Shown in pieces: positions 40,017-48,380 of a stretch of 64,000 nucleotides of DNA; position 1 is the first letter of the stretch, and every line of letters begins with the position of its first letter. The position numbers and the translations under genes were made by a program. The DNA lies in IMG/VR virus record IMGVR_UViG_3300031992_000007, positions 96,001 to 160,000 of that record; one strand, written 5' to 3'. The notes under the pieces were generated by a model. That model did not search any database. It saw only the letters and a program-made list of their open reading frames with translations, and was not told the origin of the DNA. Origin of the DNA: a virus (taxonomy: Duplodnaviria > Caudoviricetes).

Positions 40017-40719
40017 AGGTGAAGATGGGACATCTATCCATGTTTCTAGAGTCGTTCAAACGTGGGGAGTGAGTAATGTTGGAGATATAAACATTTCCAA
40101 CTCCGTACACACTTATCCTCACTTATCAGAAGCCAGGCTCTCCGGAGGTGATGTCACTATTTACAACCAATATGGGTTAGCACAACCAAGTAACCTTATC
40201 GTTATGGATTATTCCGTAAACAATGGATGTCTTCCTAATAATCACATGGGTTTTGGATTGATTTTTATAGGAAAACCAGGAAGGCTCTCCCAGATAGGTG
40301 AGACGACAACTCCAGAATGGTTGAAGAACAAGATGGGAATGTGTAGTGCCGAAAGTCAGGGTTCGACAAGAACGTACGATCAATCTCCTAACACAGTTGT
40401 AACCAGACAGGGTGGCTTTATTCCAAGGCTCTCCAGGTGGAAATACCGAAAATAAAGACGTACATAGTAGACAGGAAACATTGGTCATAATGTCTAATGG
40501 AAGTGCGCATTACCACGATTCAAGATTGTGGCCAGCAGCTAATGATCCAGAAAGAGTAAGGCTCTCCGCTCCGCCGGAGGTGTTTCGTACGCACAGACAC
40601 ATTATTTCTTTCCGCACTGCGTAGCTCCAATAATCGACGACGGTGTGATGTGGCAGAACGGGTGGCAGGGTGCAGATTTGATGCATTATAGCGGAATATT
40701 TAAGCAAATAAGGCTCTCC
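40017..40719 (+). repeat. Cassette array B: 5 in-frame variable peptide cassettes bounded by AGGTG and AGGCTCTCC
   Basis: AGGCTCTCC at 40135, 40282, 40426, 40559, 40711. Cassettes are 40018-40143, 40147-40290, 40297-40434, 40436-40567, 40579-40719; all are multiples of 3 and stop-free. Confidence 0.9.
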
Positions 40720-40797
40720 AGCAATTAGTATAAATTTATCTTCTCCAACACCATACTACAACTTAATCGACCTCTTTACAAAACTAAGGAGACAACA

Positions 40798-41181
40798 ATG
40801 AAAGCCAAGACAAAAACAACGAAGAAGACTGCAGCCTCCAAGGCGAAGAAGCCTGTGAAGAAGGTTGCTAAGAAATCCGCCAAGTCGGTCAAGCCGGACA
40901 AGAAGAAAGTCAGCAAGATCAACAAGAAGGACAACGAAATCGGTTCCAAGATCGTTGATCTTCTGAAGAACACTCTTGCTCCAACTTCGACACTCAAGGC
41001 CGCTCCGTCTGCTCCGGCAACTCAGAGCAAGTCGCCGGTTGCAACGATCGGAACGTGCACCCAGGCCCAGGTTAAGTCAGTGACTCGCTTCTCTGCAACT
41101 CCTGTTGCTAAGACAAGGTTCGTTGCAGCTGGCGTGTCGCCCAAGACTAACTTGCCTGTCACTCTTGTTGCCAGCAAGTAA
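40798..41181 (+). CDS. Lys/Ala-rich histone-H1-like basic protein
   Basis: MKAKTKTTKKTAASKAKKPVKKVAKKSAK N-terminus; AAGGAG RBS. Confidence 0.7.
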   Translation: MKAKTKTTKKTAASKAKKPVKKVAKKSAKSVKPDKKKVSKINKKDNEIGSKIVDLLKNTLAPTSTLKAAPSAPATQSKSPVATIGTCTQAQVKSVTRFSATPVAKTRFVAAGVSPKTNLPVTLVASK

Positions 41182-41211
41182 CAACCATCTTTTGACGCCA
41201 ACCCAATTAGA

Positions 41212-41995
41212 GGATGCACTCAGCGCTTTACTACAGAGGATGACCTTAGGTCTTTCTGTACATTCCTAAAGCCTAACGGAGGACTGTGTGGACGTGTGAG
41301 TAATAGACGTGAACCTTAACCTATCCCACGTTTGATTATCTTCGCACGGAGTCCTTCTAAAATTGAGTTGATGTAACGTCATCGATCCGACTAACTACCC
41401 TCAGTGCGTTGCCCGCGGCCTGCTGCTCCGCGGTAAATGAATGAACAGATATAGGTGAATGAAGGATCGGGATATCGAGGGAGTACAAGGTCGATAGACA
41501 AACATCAGAGCAGAAGTTAAAAGTGTGTGCCGATAGAACACCACGTCATTACCTTAGGGCGTTCTGAGAGGAGCCTAGAACTTATCAGAATGCCCGCCTA
41601 GCTAGCGTCAAAGGTATCACCCACATAACGTTCGTCATGACGTATCCGAATCTGGGAAGGTTCGGTTGGATGTGGGGTTAGGTTAAAAGGTAGATTCTAT
41701 CTGCGCGGAACGTGTCCTGGTGGATGTTCTAATTCCATCAGGTTCGCGCATACCCACAATAGACAGATGTTCTGTTATTGTGACAAATTAGCGGTTCGTC
41801 GGTTGTGTGAGTATAAGTGAATCCGAGTTTAAGTTATCAGAGTCAGTGATGACCCACAGGTGGCATCTGCAAAGGTGGCTCCGGTGGGCATTTGGTCGAA
41901 CTGACATCCAAGTCTGTAACTGCTTCGGTGCTACGCTCCCCTCAACCGGAAGTAATTCCGGAGAAACCGATACCTTCTTAACAGCGGAGAAAGGT
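41212..41995 (+). ncRNA. Candidate ~780-nt structured non-coding RNA
   Basis: ORF-poor tract with many stems and a long-range pairing of 41316-41333 with 41668-41686; G-U pairs favour the + strand. Confidence 0.6.
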
Positions 41996-42004
41996 TGACT
42001 GCAA

Positions 42005-42244
42005 ATGGCATTGCGACCAAAACATCAGGTTGAAGCATATGAGAAAGCGACAGTCCTTGATATGCCATGTGGTTTCTGTTGTACAATGATGCCTGTTCCT
42101 AGGGAACTCTATGAACAAGGTGGTATCTACAGATGTCCAAAGTGCAAGATGGCTGTTAAATTCAAGAAACACAAGATCAAGGTTGCCAAACGGACCAGGA
42201 AGTTCAATATTCGGAACCGAATTAACGTACCAGATTTCTCGTGA
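42005..42244 (+). CDS. Small basic zinc-ribbon protein
   Basis: CGFC...CPKC. Confidence 0.6.
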   Translation: MALRPKHQVEAYEKATVLDMPCGFCCTMMPVPRELYEQGGIYRCPKCKMAVKFKKHKIKVAKRTRKFNIRNRINVPDFS

Positions 42245-42312
42245 TATACCAGTTGTAGAAATTGACATTACCTTTCTATGTAGGCAACCGCCTACAGGAA
42301 GGTATGGGTCAG

Positions 42313-43032
42313 ATGAAGAAACTAATCTTGGCACTGTTGCTAGTTGCCACATGTTGCATAGTCGGCATCGGAGCAGCTACCTCAGCCTCAACGGTATCCG
42401 CGTTAGAAGTGGTCGATGAATACAAGCTCACGATGATACTCCAGGTTCCGCATACGTTCGATAACATGCAGTCTCTAGGGTATCGTAAGCTCAAACATCA
42501 ACGTGTCGAAGGTACACTGAAGATCGTCTATTCGGCAGATGGTTCACGTTCTCCCTACATAGAGGTCACCAATCTGGTCAACAGGAGCTACAAGCTCAGC
42601 AATGGTAAGTATGTAACGTATACCGCACTGATGGGCGATGTGTTCCACATTGGCTATATCGGTAACAACAGAACTGGGGTGTTCAAGAAACCCTTTGTCT
42701 CATTCTCTATGGACTGCGATCCGTCGTACAATGTCGGCGACGATGAACCCGATAATACCCTTGTCCTTGAATGCTCTGGGTATGGTACTTCCAGGACCAT
42801 GCTTTGGAACGGCTACAAGGTCAGGTATATCCGTTCACTGGTAGGAGAACTCGCTGGTAACTTGGGTTGTGGTTGCAGAGCTTACGGTCATACTTCAGCC
42901 ACTCGTCAAGCTGGTTGGATTGGTCCCACTGACACAGTGGTGGACATAGCTGCTATTAAAGCTGGCAGGTGGCGTATCGCATGGAAAGCTCGGTATATCA
43001 GAGAAGCCCAGTCTGACGACGAGGATTACTAA
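42313..43032 (+). CDS. Putative secreted protein with signal peptide
   Basis: MKKLILALLLVATCCIVGIGA signal-like N-terminus; GCGCRAYGH motif. Confidence 0.7.
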   Translation: MKKLILALLLVATCCIVGIGAATSASTVSALEVVDEYKLTMILQVPHTFDNMQSLGYRKLKHQRVEGTLKIVYSADGSRSPYIEVTNLVNRSYKLSNGKYVTYTALMGDVFHIGYIGNNRTGVFKKPFVSFSMDCDPSYNVGDDEPDNTLVLECSGYGTSRTMLWNGYKVRYIRSLVGELAGNLGCGCRAYGHTSATRQAGWIGPTDTVVDIAAIKAGRWRIAWKARYIREAQSDDEDY

Positions 43033-43050
43033 AAAGAAAAGGAGGGTGAT

Positions 43051-43278
43051 ATGCTCCATACATTGCTCATCGGTGTTGCAATAGTGGTCGGTGTCATTGT
43101 AGCCCTCCTAGTTATAGCTTTTCTCGGTTGTCTATACTACGCTTGTGTGTTAGCACGAGCAGAAACAATTAAAGCGCAGACTGGTTGTACTGATGAAGAA
43201 GCAGTGGCCAGAGCCTTGCACGAAGTATCTGCCAATGCAAGCACGATTCAGAATCCAAATGGTCTTCAGTTCGGTTGA
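43051..43278 (+). CDS. Small membrane protein
   Basis: N-terminal hydrophobic helix; GGAGG RBS. Confidence 0.7.
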   Translation: MLHTLLIGVAIVVGVIVALLVIAFLGCLYYACVLARAETIKAQTGCTDEEAVARALHEVSANASTIQNPNGLQFG

Positions 43279-43295
43279 ACAAAAAAGAAACATCA

Positions 43296-43323
43296 CCTCC
43301 ACGAGCCCGAAGGCTCGTGGAGG
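43296..43323. terminator. Bidirectional terminator
   Basis: CCTCCACGAGCC-CGAA-GGCTCGTGGAGG flanked by A and T tracts. Confidence 0.8.
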
Positions 43324-43341
43324 ATCAGTCTCTCTTTTTCG

Positions 43342-43638
43342 TTAATCCCCGATGCGCCGATCAGGGTCGACTTCGTCTTCCTTGGCCGACTTGCCGGGAT
43401 GCTTGATCGCTTCCACGATCTGCTCCTTGATAGAGCTTATCGCTTTGTTGACGATCGCCTCGACGAACTGCTTGGTCTCGGTGCTAGGTTTGCGAATGAT
43501 CTCGCATTCCTTGCATTCACGACGCAGTTCCTTGCGCTGCTCCCAATCCAGACGCTTGACATCGATGATGTCCTTGATGTCCAGATCGAGCTCACCGAGT
43601 TCGAAGCTGCAGTTGACTTTGATTCCATTGATCTTCAT
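43342..43638 (-). CDS. Hypothetical early protein
   Basis: AGGAG RBS; TACATTAC promoter variant at 43681-43688. Confidence 0.7.
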   Translation of the reverse strand: MKINGIKVNCSFELGELDLDIKDIIDVKRLDWEQRKELRRECKECEIIRKPSTETKQFVEAIVNKAISSIKEQIVEAIKHPGKSAKEDEVDPDRRIGD

Positions 43639-43767
43639 GTTTGTATCTCCTGTTTGAGGTTTATGGTTTATGACACCTGAGTAATGTATACGTGAAGAAA
43701 TTCGATTAACACGTCTTTAAACTTTTACATGTCTGCTTTATGTTTATGCTTAACTGGAGGACGACAA

Positions 43768-43965
43768 ATGTGGGGATCTGAACTTCACTACGCTATCGAG
43801 ACTGTTGAGCTCACTTGCCCTAATGATGACTACCTCGATATTCTGTTTAGACAGGATCAAGAGACCTTTAAACGTCGTAGTGATGAGTTGTCAGAACAAG
43901 CACACTTCCTTAGGAAGAAGTGGCTCCCATCCAGACCCAAGAAAGTAAGATGGAGAAAGGGATAA
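43768..43965 (+). CDS. Small hypothetical protein
   Basis: GGAGG RBS before MWGSEL. Confidence 0.6.
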   Translation: MWGSELHYAIETVELTCPNDDYLDILFRQDQETFKRRSDELSEQAHFLRKKWLPSRPKKVRWRKG

Positions 43966-43968
43966 ACC

Positions 43969-44184
43969 ATGCCTGTATCACCTGTTCGTGTTACCTTCGT
44001 CTTCCATGACGATGAGCAACTGCACCATTTCCTGGATAAAAATAACATCGACACCTATACTTATAATTGGAAGAAGGGTGAATACCTGATCGATTTGTCA
44101 GGCGATGTTAAAGAGTCGATCAAAACTGTTGCGGCGGAACCTGTCAAGGAACAACCTGCCTCAGTGGTTAGCGAGTTCATCTAG
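43969..44184 (+). CDS. Small hypothetical protein
   Basis: 71-aa ORF immediately after the previous stop. Confidence 0.6.
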   Translation: MPVSPVRVTFVFHDDEQLHHFLDKNNIDTYTYNWKKGEYLIDLSGDVKESIKTVAAEPVKEQPASVVSEFI

Positions 44185-45375
44185 TGATTTCAACAGTACG
44201 CATCACCATGTAGCGAAAGCTACCAGATGTTGCGGGCTCTGACCTATCAGGTAGTGCTGTAGGTTGCAAACTCAGCACAGCTATTGATAGGTGCCTTAGA
44301 CCGATGGGCTCGACTCTCGCGGTAGCCTTAGGCTTGGCGGGAGATGAGTCAATGTACAACATAACCACACAGTTCATGTCGCCTAAGAAAGTGACTTGCA
44401 GGTGACAAACTGTATGTGGAGTGAGTACAATGAGACCATGGGAAGACGACGCGGCAGCAATCACTAGCTTCATGCGTCTATCGGTAGGCTTTACCCGTGG
44501 TTTCCATTAAGTGGAAAGTGGTTCACTTACACCGTGTTGGGACCGAACGAGCCGAACCTAAAGTCGGAAATAGAACACGGTTAGATCCGCAGGGTGTTCG
44601 AATACGCTCTGCTAATGCTTCGCGGGAGTTCGTGAATTGCAACTCCTGCACCCCATATACGACCACGCACCACGGTTGGTAAATGGTTTTGAGGATGCGT
44701 TATGATTCGTCCATGCTAGCTGGCGGATGAGCAGAGTACTCCTTAACGTATCTCTCTGACTTTTTAGACAGTTCGAATCTGTCATGCGTGGTCACCCTAT
44801 CGATGTGGACTGGTGGAAGCAGATGAACACTATCCGGCTGCGATGCTGGACGAGGGACAAGAGGCTCATTTAGGCAATGTAGAATTGCCTTTGAGGTGAG
44901 TACTGGTGTAACACTCTCAGGCAGACACTATCTTGAAAGCTGCGAGTTGATCACATACACAGAAGATCGCATCAGCTGTGTGTGGTCGGGATGAACGGTT
45001 CGCAGTGAGTGAGAGACCGTGGCGGTACGGCAACGACGCCCACTATTGGTTCGAGTCCAATGCACATCGTCCCTTTCAATTTCTTGTCGGTCGATCAAAA
45101 AGAAAAGAGACCGCTACGGCGATCCTTCTCCTGCATGTAGTATACTTCATCGGAATAGTAAGCGCCAATGTTTGTCACTGTGCATGTATTTTCGATCGAC
45201 ATTTTGTCTTCTCCAGCTGTCGCAATGCATGGCGATAGATGGAAAGTGGAACAACCGAACCTAATCGGTGTAGCCCCTATCCCAGTAGAGGAAGCTGAGG
45301 CGAAAACAAACCCTGTTCGCAGGTCAGTTGAGATGAGTGGCGCCATCTTGTAAAAACTATGCCGGCCTTTCAACA
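44181..45375 (+). ncRNA. Cluster of structured RNAs including tRNA-like elements (44664-44794, 44801-45072)
   Basis: No credible ORFs. T-arms GACAG-TTCGAAT-CTGTC and ATTGG-TTCGAGT-CCAAT are each followed by strands complementary to upstream acceptor-like 5' ends; many other hairpins. Confidence 0.6.
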
Positions 45376-45397
45376 ACAAACAAACCAAAGGTGACAC

Positions 45398-45628
45398 ATG
45401 AGTAAATTGAAGCCGCCTGGTGTAAAACTTAAGATCACTGACTGCTCTAAGATCGATGGTGCGACTCCCATGACATTCATGTGTTCTCCACGCGGACCTG
45501 TGATAGTAAACTCTCCGGAAGAGTTTGACGACCTAACTGGTGAACCGCGTGGAACTACAAGGAAGATGATTCGTGCAACTGGAGCGAGACGTATATCGAT
45601 GATCGGTCGCATAAAGGTACCATCTTGA
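45398..45628 (+). CDS. Small hypothetical protein
   Basis: AAGGTG RBS; 76 aa. Confidence 0.55.
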   Translation: MSKLKPPGVKLKITDCSKIDGATPMTFMCSPRGPVIVNSPEEFDDLTGEPRGTTRKMIRATGARRISMIGRIKVPS

Positions 45629-45644
45629 TTAAGGAGGACTTTAA

Positions 45645-46442
45645 ATGAACCAGAAAGAGTTTGAAGATCACCTTACTCAGTGGATCAGAAGTATCAACTC
45701 GCATGAGGTCAGTGAGATTAAAGCCTTTACTGAGCTCGATAAGCTAATGCACGAGATTCCTCAGTGGGGCGATGAATCCATTGTGCCTGCAGACAGTAAC
45801 CTACTGCATTTGTATCGCAATCGCACTGTATTTTGGTTACATGCAATATCGTTAACACAGGTTGAACACACCTTTGTTCTTACTGGCGCTAAATCGAACG
45901 GTGAGTGCGGATACGTATATGTTGGACTGCCAACAAGTGTAGTTGAAACAGGACTAAAGGCGTACTTTAAGCAACGCCAAGAGAAACTGAAACTTGAACA
46001 AGGAAAACCAATGTCAAAAGTAAAACTCGGATTCAAGAAACTCGATCCTAAAGCACAGCTTCCGAAGTACGCCCACGAGGGTGATGCTGGTATGGACGTG
46101 TTTTCTCTGCACGATGTTGAGCTTCCTCTCAACAAGCCTGTCATTGTCAAGACAGGCATTGCTGCAGAGATACCTGACGGTTACGAACTCCAGGTCCGTC
46201 CTAGGTCAGGGTTCGCCGCCAAAGGCATCACTGTTTGGAATGCTCCTGGCACCATTGATTCTAAGTATCGTGGTGAGATTGGCGTGATACTGTTCTCCAC
46301 TGTTCCTGTTTATCGGGTCAATAGTGGAGATAAGATCGCCCAGCTCGTTCTTGCTCCTGTAACCTTCGCTGAACCTTACGAGGTCCATGAGCTTTCTGAA
46401 ACTGATCGTGGCACTGGTGGATTTGGTTCCACAGGGAGATAA
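45645..46442 (+). CDS. dut: Trimeric dUTPase with a ~122-aa N-terminal extension
   Basis: AGMD, RPRSG, GTIDSKYRGEI, KIAQL, RGTGGFGSTG (motifs I-V). Confidence 0.95.
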   Translation: MNQKEFEDHLTQWIRSINSHEVSEIKAFTELDKLMHEIPQWGDESIVPADSNLLHLYRNRTVFWLHAISLTQVEHTFVLTGAKSNGECGYVYVGLPTSVVETGLKAYFKQRQEKLKLEQGKPMSKVKLGFKKLDPKAQLPKYAHEGDAGMDVFSLHDVELPLNKPVIVKTGIAAEIPDGYELQVRPRSGFAAKGITVWNAPGTIDSKYRGEIGVILFSTVPVYRVNSGDKIAQLVLAPVTFAEPYEVHELSETDRGTGGFGSTGR

Positions 46443-46444
46443 TC

Positions 46445-46681
46445 ATGGCAACAGTAACAGATAGGATCAAGAACCTTCTTGTTGACCAACTGGGGTTGAA
46501 CAAGGAGGAGGTCGAAGATACGTCCAAGTCGTGGTCTGACCTTGGTGCTGATGAACTTGACATCGTTGAGATCATTATGGCTTGCGAAGAGGAATTCAAC
46601 GTTACCATCTCCGAGGAAGAATCGGACAATGCCACGACGGTCAACAAACTCATCGAGACCATCGAGTCCAAGCTGAAGTAA
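46445..46681 (+). CDS. Acyl carrier protein-like protein lacking the phosphopantetheine serine
   Basis: DLGADELDIVEIIMACEEEFNVTISEE compared with canonical DLGADSLDxVELxMxxEEEFxxEI. Confidence 0.85.
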   Translation: MATVTDRIKNLLVDQLGLNKEEVEDTSKSWSDLGADELDIVEIIMACEEEFNVTISEEESDNATTVNKLIETIESKLK

Positions 46682-46689
46682 ATTTCCTG

Positions 46690-47322
46690 GTATACTGGAC
46701 ATCCCAGGCAGCTCCGTAGCCATTTAATTCCCTTGATGGTTATTGGACCTGAAGTCCCCAAAGCGAGCACCGATCTTGTTCGTTAGAGCCGGATCGGTGG
46801 GGATGAGGTGTAGGTGCCCTCCTCGAGTATTGACGGGTAGTAGGTCGAGGCTTAGCCGCCTGACGATCGAATCCGTGGTTGCTGCGACAGTATTTGAGTC
46901 TGATCTTCCTGTCGAGATGCAATACTGAAGGATCAACTTGTTAGTACGTTATGCCTCGCGTCGAACCTATCGCCTCTACCTCGTAGAGGGGTCTAGTAGA
47001 CGGATCTCATTCTTAACCCATGATCTGGCGAGTATGGAAAGAAAGCTGGAGGAAAGTTAAGTCACCATCTCGGAACTATTCGCAGATGGACACCTCGTGA
47101 GATCGACTAACGAAAGTAAAAATTAAGGCAATGAGGTCATCGATTTCAAGGAGCTTGTTTAGAAACGGACAAGGCTTAGGCCGAAATGTAAAGTAGAGAG
47201 TTACCTCGATTAGGTATTGCATTAGTAGTGGCGAGCGAAAGTTGCTAGTTCTCATGATGTCTGAGAGCGACTCGAAATCAGAGTAGGGTGGGTAGCGCGT
47301 GGTTATCTAAACAAGTTCTACT
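46690..47322 (+). ncRNA. Candidate large structured RNA(s) upstream of the tRNA cluster
   Basis: ORF-poor. GAGCTTGTTTAGA (47151-47163) pairs with TCTAAACAAGTTC (47306-47318); CACCGATC/GATCGGTG, CCTCTAC/GTAGAGG and GAAA-capped hairpins. Confidence 0.5.
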
Positions 47323-47326
47323 AGAA

Positions 47327-47458
47327 CGCTGTATGACTGAGGTGGACTAAGGTTGGCGGACGGATTCGGAAGGCCGTCTCTGCACAAGACCGTGGATGGT
47401 ATGCACCACGATGCCTGGCTGAAAATGCCCGTGGGTTCGAATCCCACTGCAGCGATCA
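47327..47458 (+). ncRNA. Enlarged tRNA-like element (132 nt)
   Basis: Acceptor CGCTGTA/TGCAGCG, class-II-like D arm, T arm GTGGG-TTCGAAT-CCCAC; extra hairpins and no canonical 7-nt anticodon loop. Confidence 0.65.
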
Positions 47459-47459
47459 T

Positions 47460-47535
47460 TCCAACTTAGCTCAGTTGGTAGAGCGCCGCACTGTTAATGC
47501 GGTGGTCCCAGGTTCGAGTCCTGGAGTTGGAGCCA
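47460..47535 (+). tRNA. trnN: tRNA-Asn (GTT)
   Basis: 76-nt cloverleaf: TCCAACT/AGTTGGA acceptor, anticodon arm CCGCA-CTGTTAA-TGCGG, T arm CCAGG-TTCGAGT-CCTGG, encoded CCA. Confidence 0.97.
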
Positions 47536-47545
47536 ACTTCCATAT

Positions 47546-47707
47546 CGTTGTCTAGTCCAGTACGTAGCTGGGGCCGCCTGTTTCAGCGGCTGTCTAGAGA
47601 GAAGGTGCACGTAGTATCTCTGGACCATAGAGCGTCAGCTTAAGGACTTCTGTGTAAACAGAACACCCTGGGTAATCGGTTCGGTTAAACTCCCTCGGCG
47701 ACGACCA
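47546..47707 (+). ncRNA. tRNA-like element with acceptor stem and CCA end (162 nt)
   Basis: CGTTGTC pairs with GGCGACG, followed by A-CCA; non-canonical interior. Confidence 0.45.
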
Positions 47708-47726
47708 ATACATTAAGGAGGAGCTC

Positions 47727-48095
47727 ATGAACATCACTCAAGGAATTTACGCCGGATGGAATATAGTGGTACACATGATCCCGCAGACTTCTGGACAGAT
47801 AGCTGTTAGCGCGAGATCGACCATCGATAAATGGAGGCCAGTGTTCTGTGAGAAGATAACGGTAGATCAAATCAGGTCTGCATTTAACATTACTGGTGAA
47901 GACTTTGGTTTCGTTAATATCCTCGAGCGCACAGCTGACAACGAAAAGGAATTCGGTTTTCAGTGGACATTCATGTTCGACAGACTTAGTGGAAAGATGT
48001 CGCAATACGAATTCCTGTCGTGCATATTCAAAGGCATCGACAAACTTAACGCCTTTATACGAGAGAATCTCGGTGAACAAACATCAAAGGAGTAA
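47727..48095 (+). CDS. Hypothetical protein
   Basis: AAGGAGG RBS; 122 aa. Confidence 0.7.
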   Translation: MNITQGIYAGWNIVVHMIPQTSGQIAVSARSTIDKWRPVFCEKITVDQIRSAFNITGEDFGFVNILERTADNEKEFGFQWTFMFDRLSGKMSQYEFLSCIFKGIDKLNAFIRENLGEQTSKE

Positions 48096-48097
48096 TC

Positions 48098-48295
48098 ATG
48101 GCGAACAAACCCGCACCTAAGAAAGAAGCAGCGCCTGCGGCTAAGAGCAAGAAGCCGCATTTCAAAGGCATCAACCACCCGAGGAACATCCACAAAGGAT
48201 TCCGTGGAAGTGGCAATGGTCAGCTGATCAAAGCTGCTCTTGAAGCACAGAGACGGAAACCTGTCGCTCCAGTCGCCTCTTCTACTAAAGAGTAA
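48098..48295 (+). CDS. Small basic protein
   Basis: AAGGAG RBS; followed by a terminator at 48314-48356. Confidence 0.7.
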   Translation: MANKPAPKKEAAPAAKSKKPHFKGINHPRNIHKGFRGSGNGQLIKAALEAQRRKPVAPVASSTKE

Positions 48296-48380
48296 GTTGA
48301 CGATTTCCTCATCCCTACTCTGGCTTCGGCCAGAGTAGGTCTTCCGCTATTTTTTGCTTAATCTAATTTAGGAGGTTGCT

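Noticed and set aside
40069-40624. ORF-track genes 40069-40455, 40412-40624 and 1337-1525 as ordinary CDSs
   Set aside because: They are read-throughs of adjacent in-phase cassettes that begin at incidental internal codons without an RBS.
972-40719. Diversity-generating retroelement or integron
   Set aside because: No reverse transcriptase or integrase is recognised, there is no template/variable repeat pair differing at adenines, and the cassettes lack attC-like long inverted repeats and start codons.
44801-45072. tmRNA or group I intron-containing tRNA
   Set aside because: There is no alanine G3-U70 acceptor identity and no recognisable group I P7 core; kept only as tRNA-like.
47040-47070. 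RNase P RNA (GAGGAAAGT)
   Set aside because: Only a partial 5' motif is present; I could not find the matching 3' ACAGAA...GGCTTA element.
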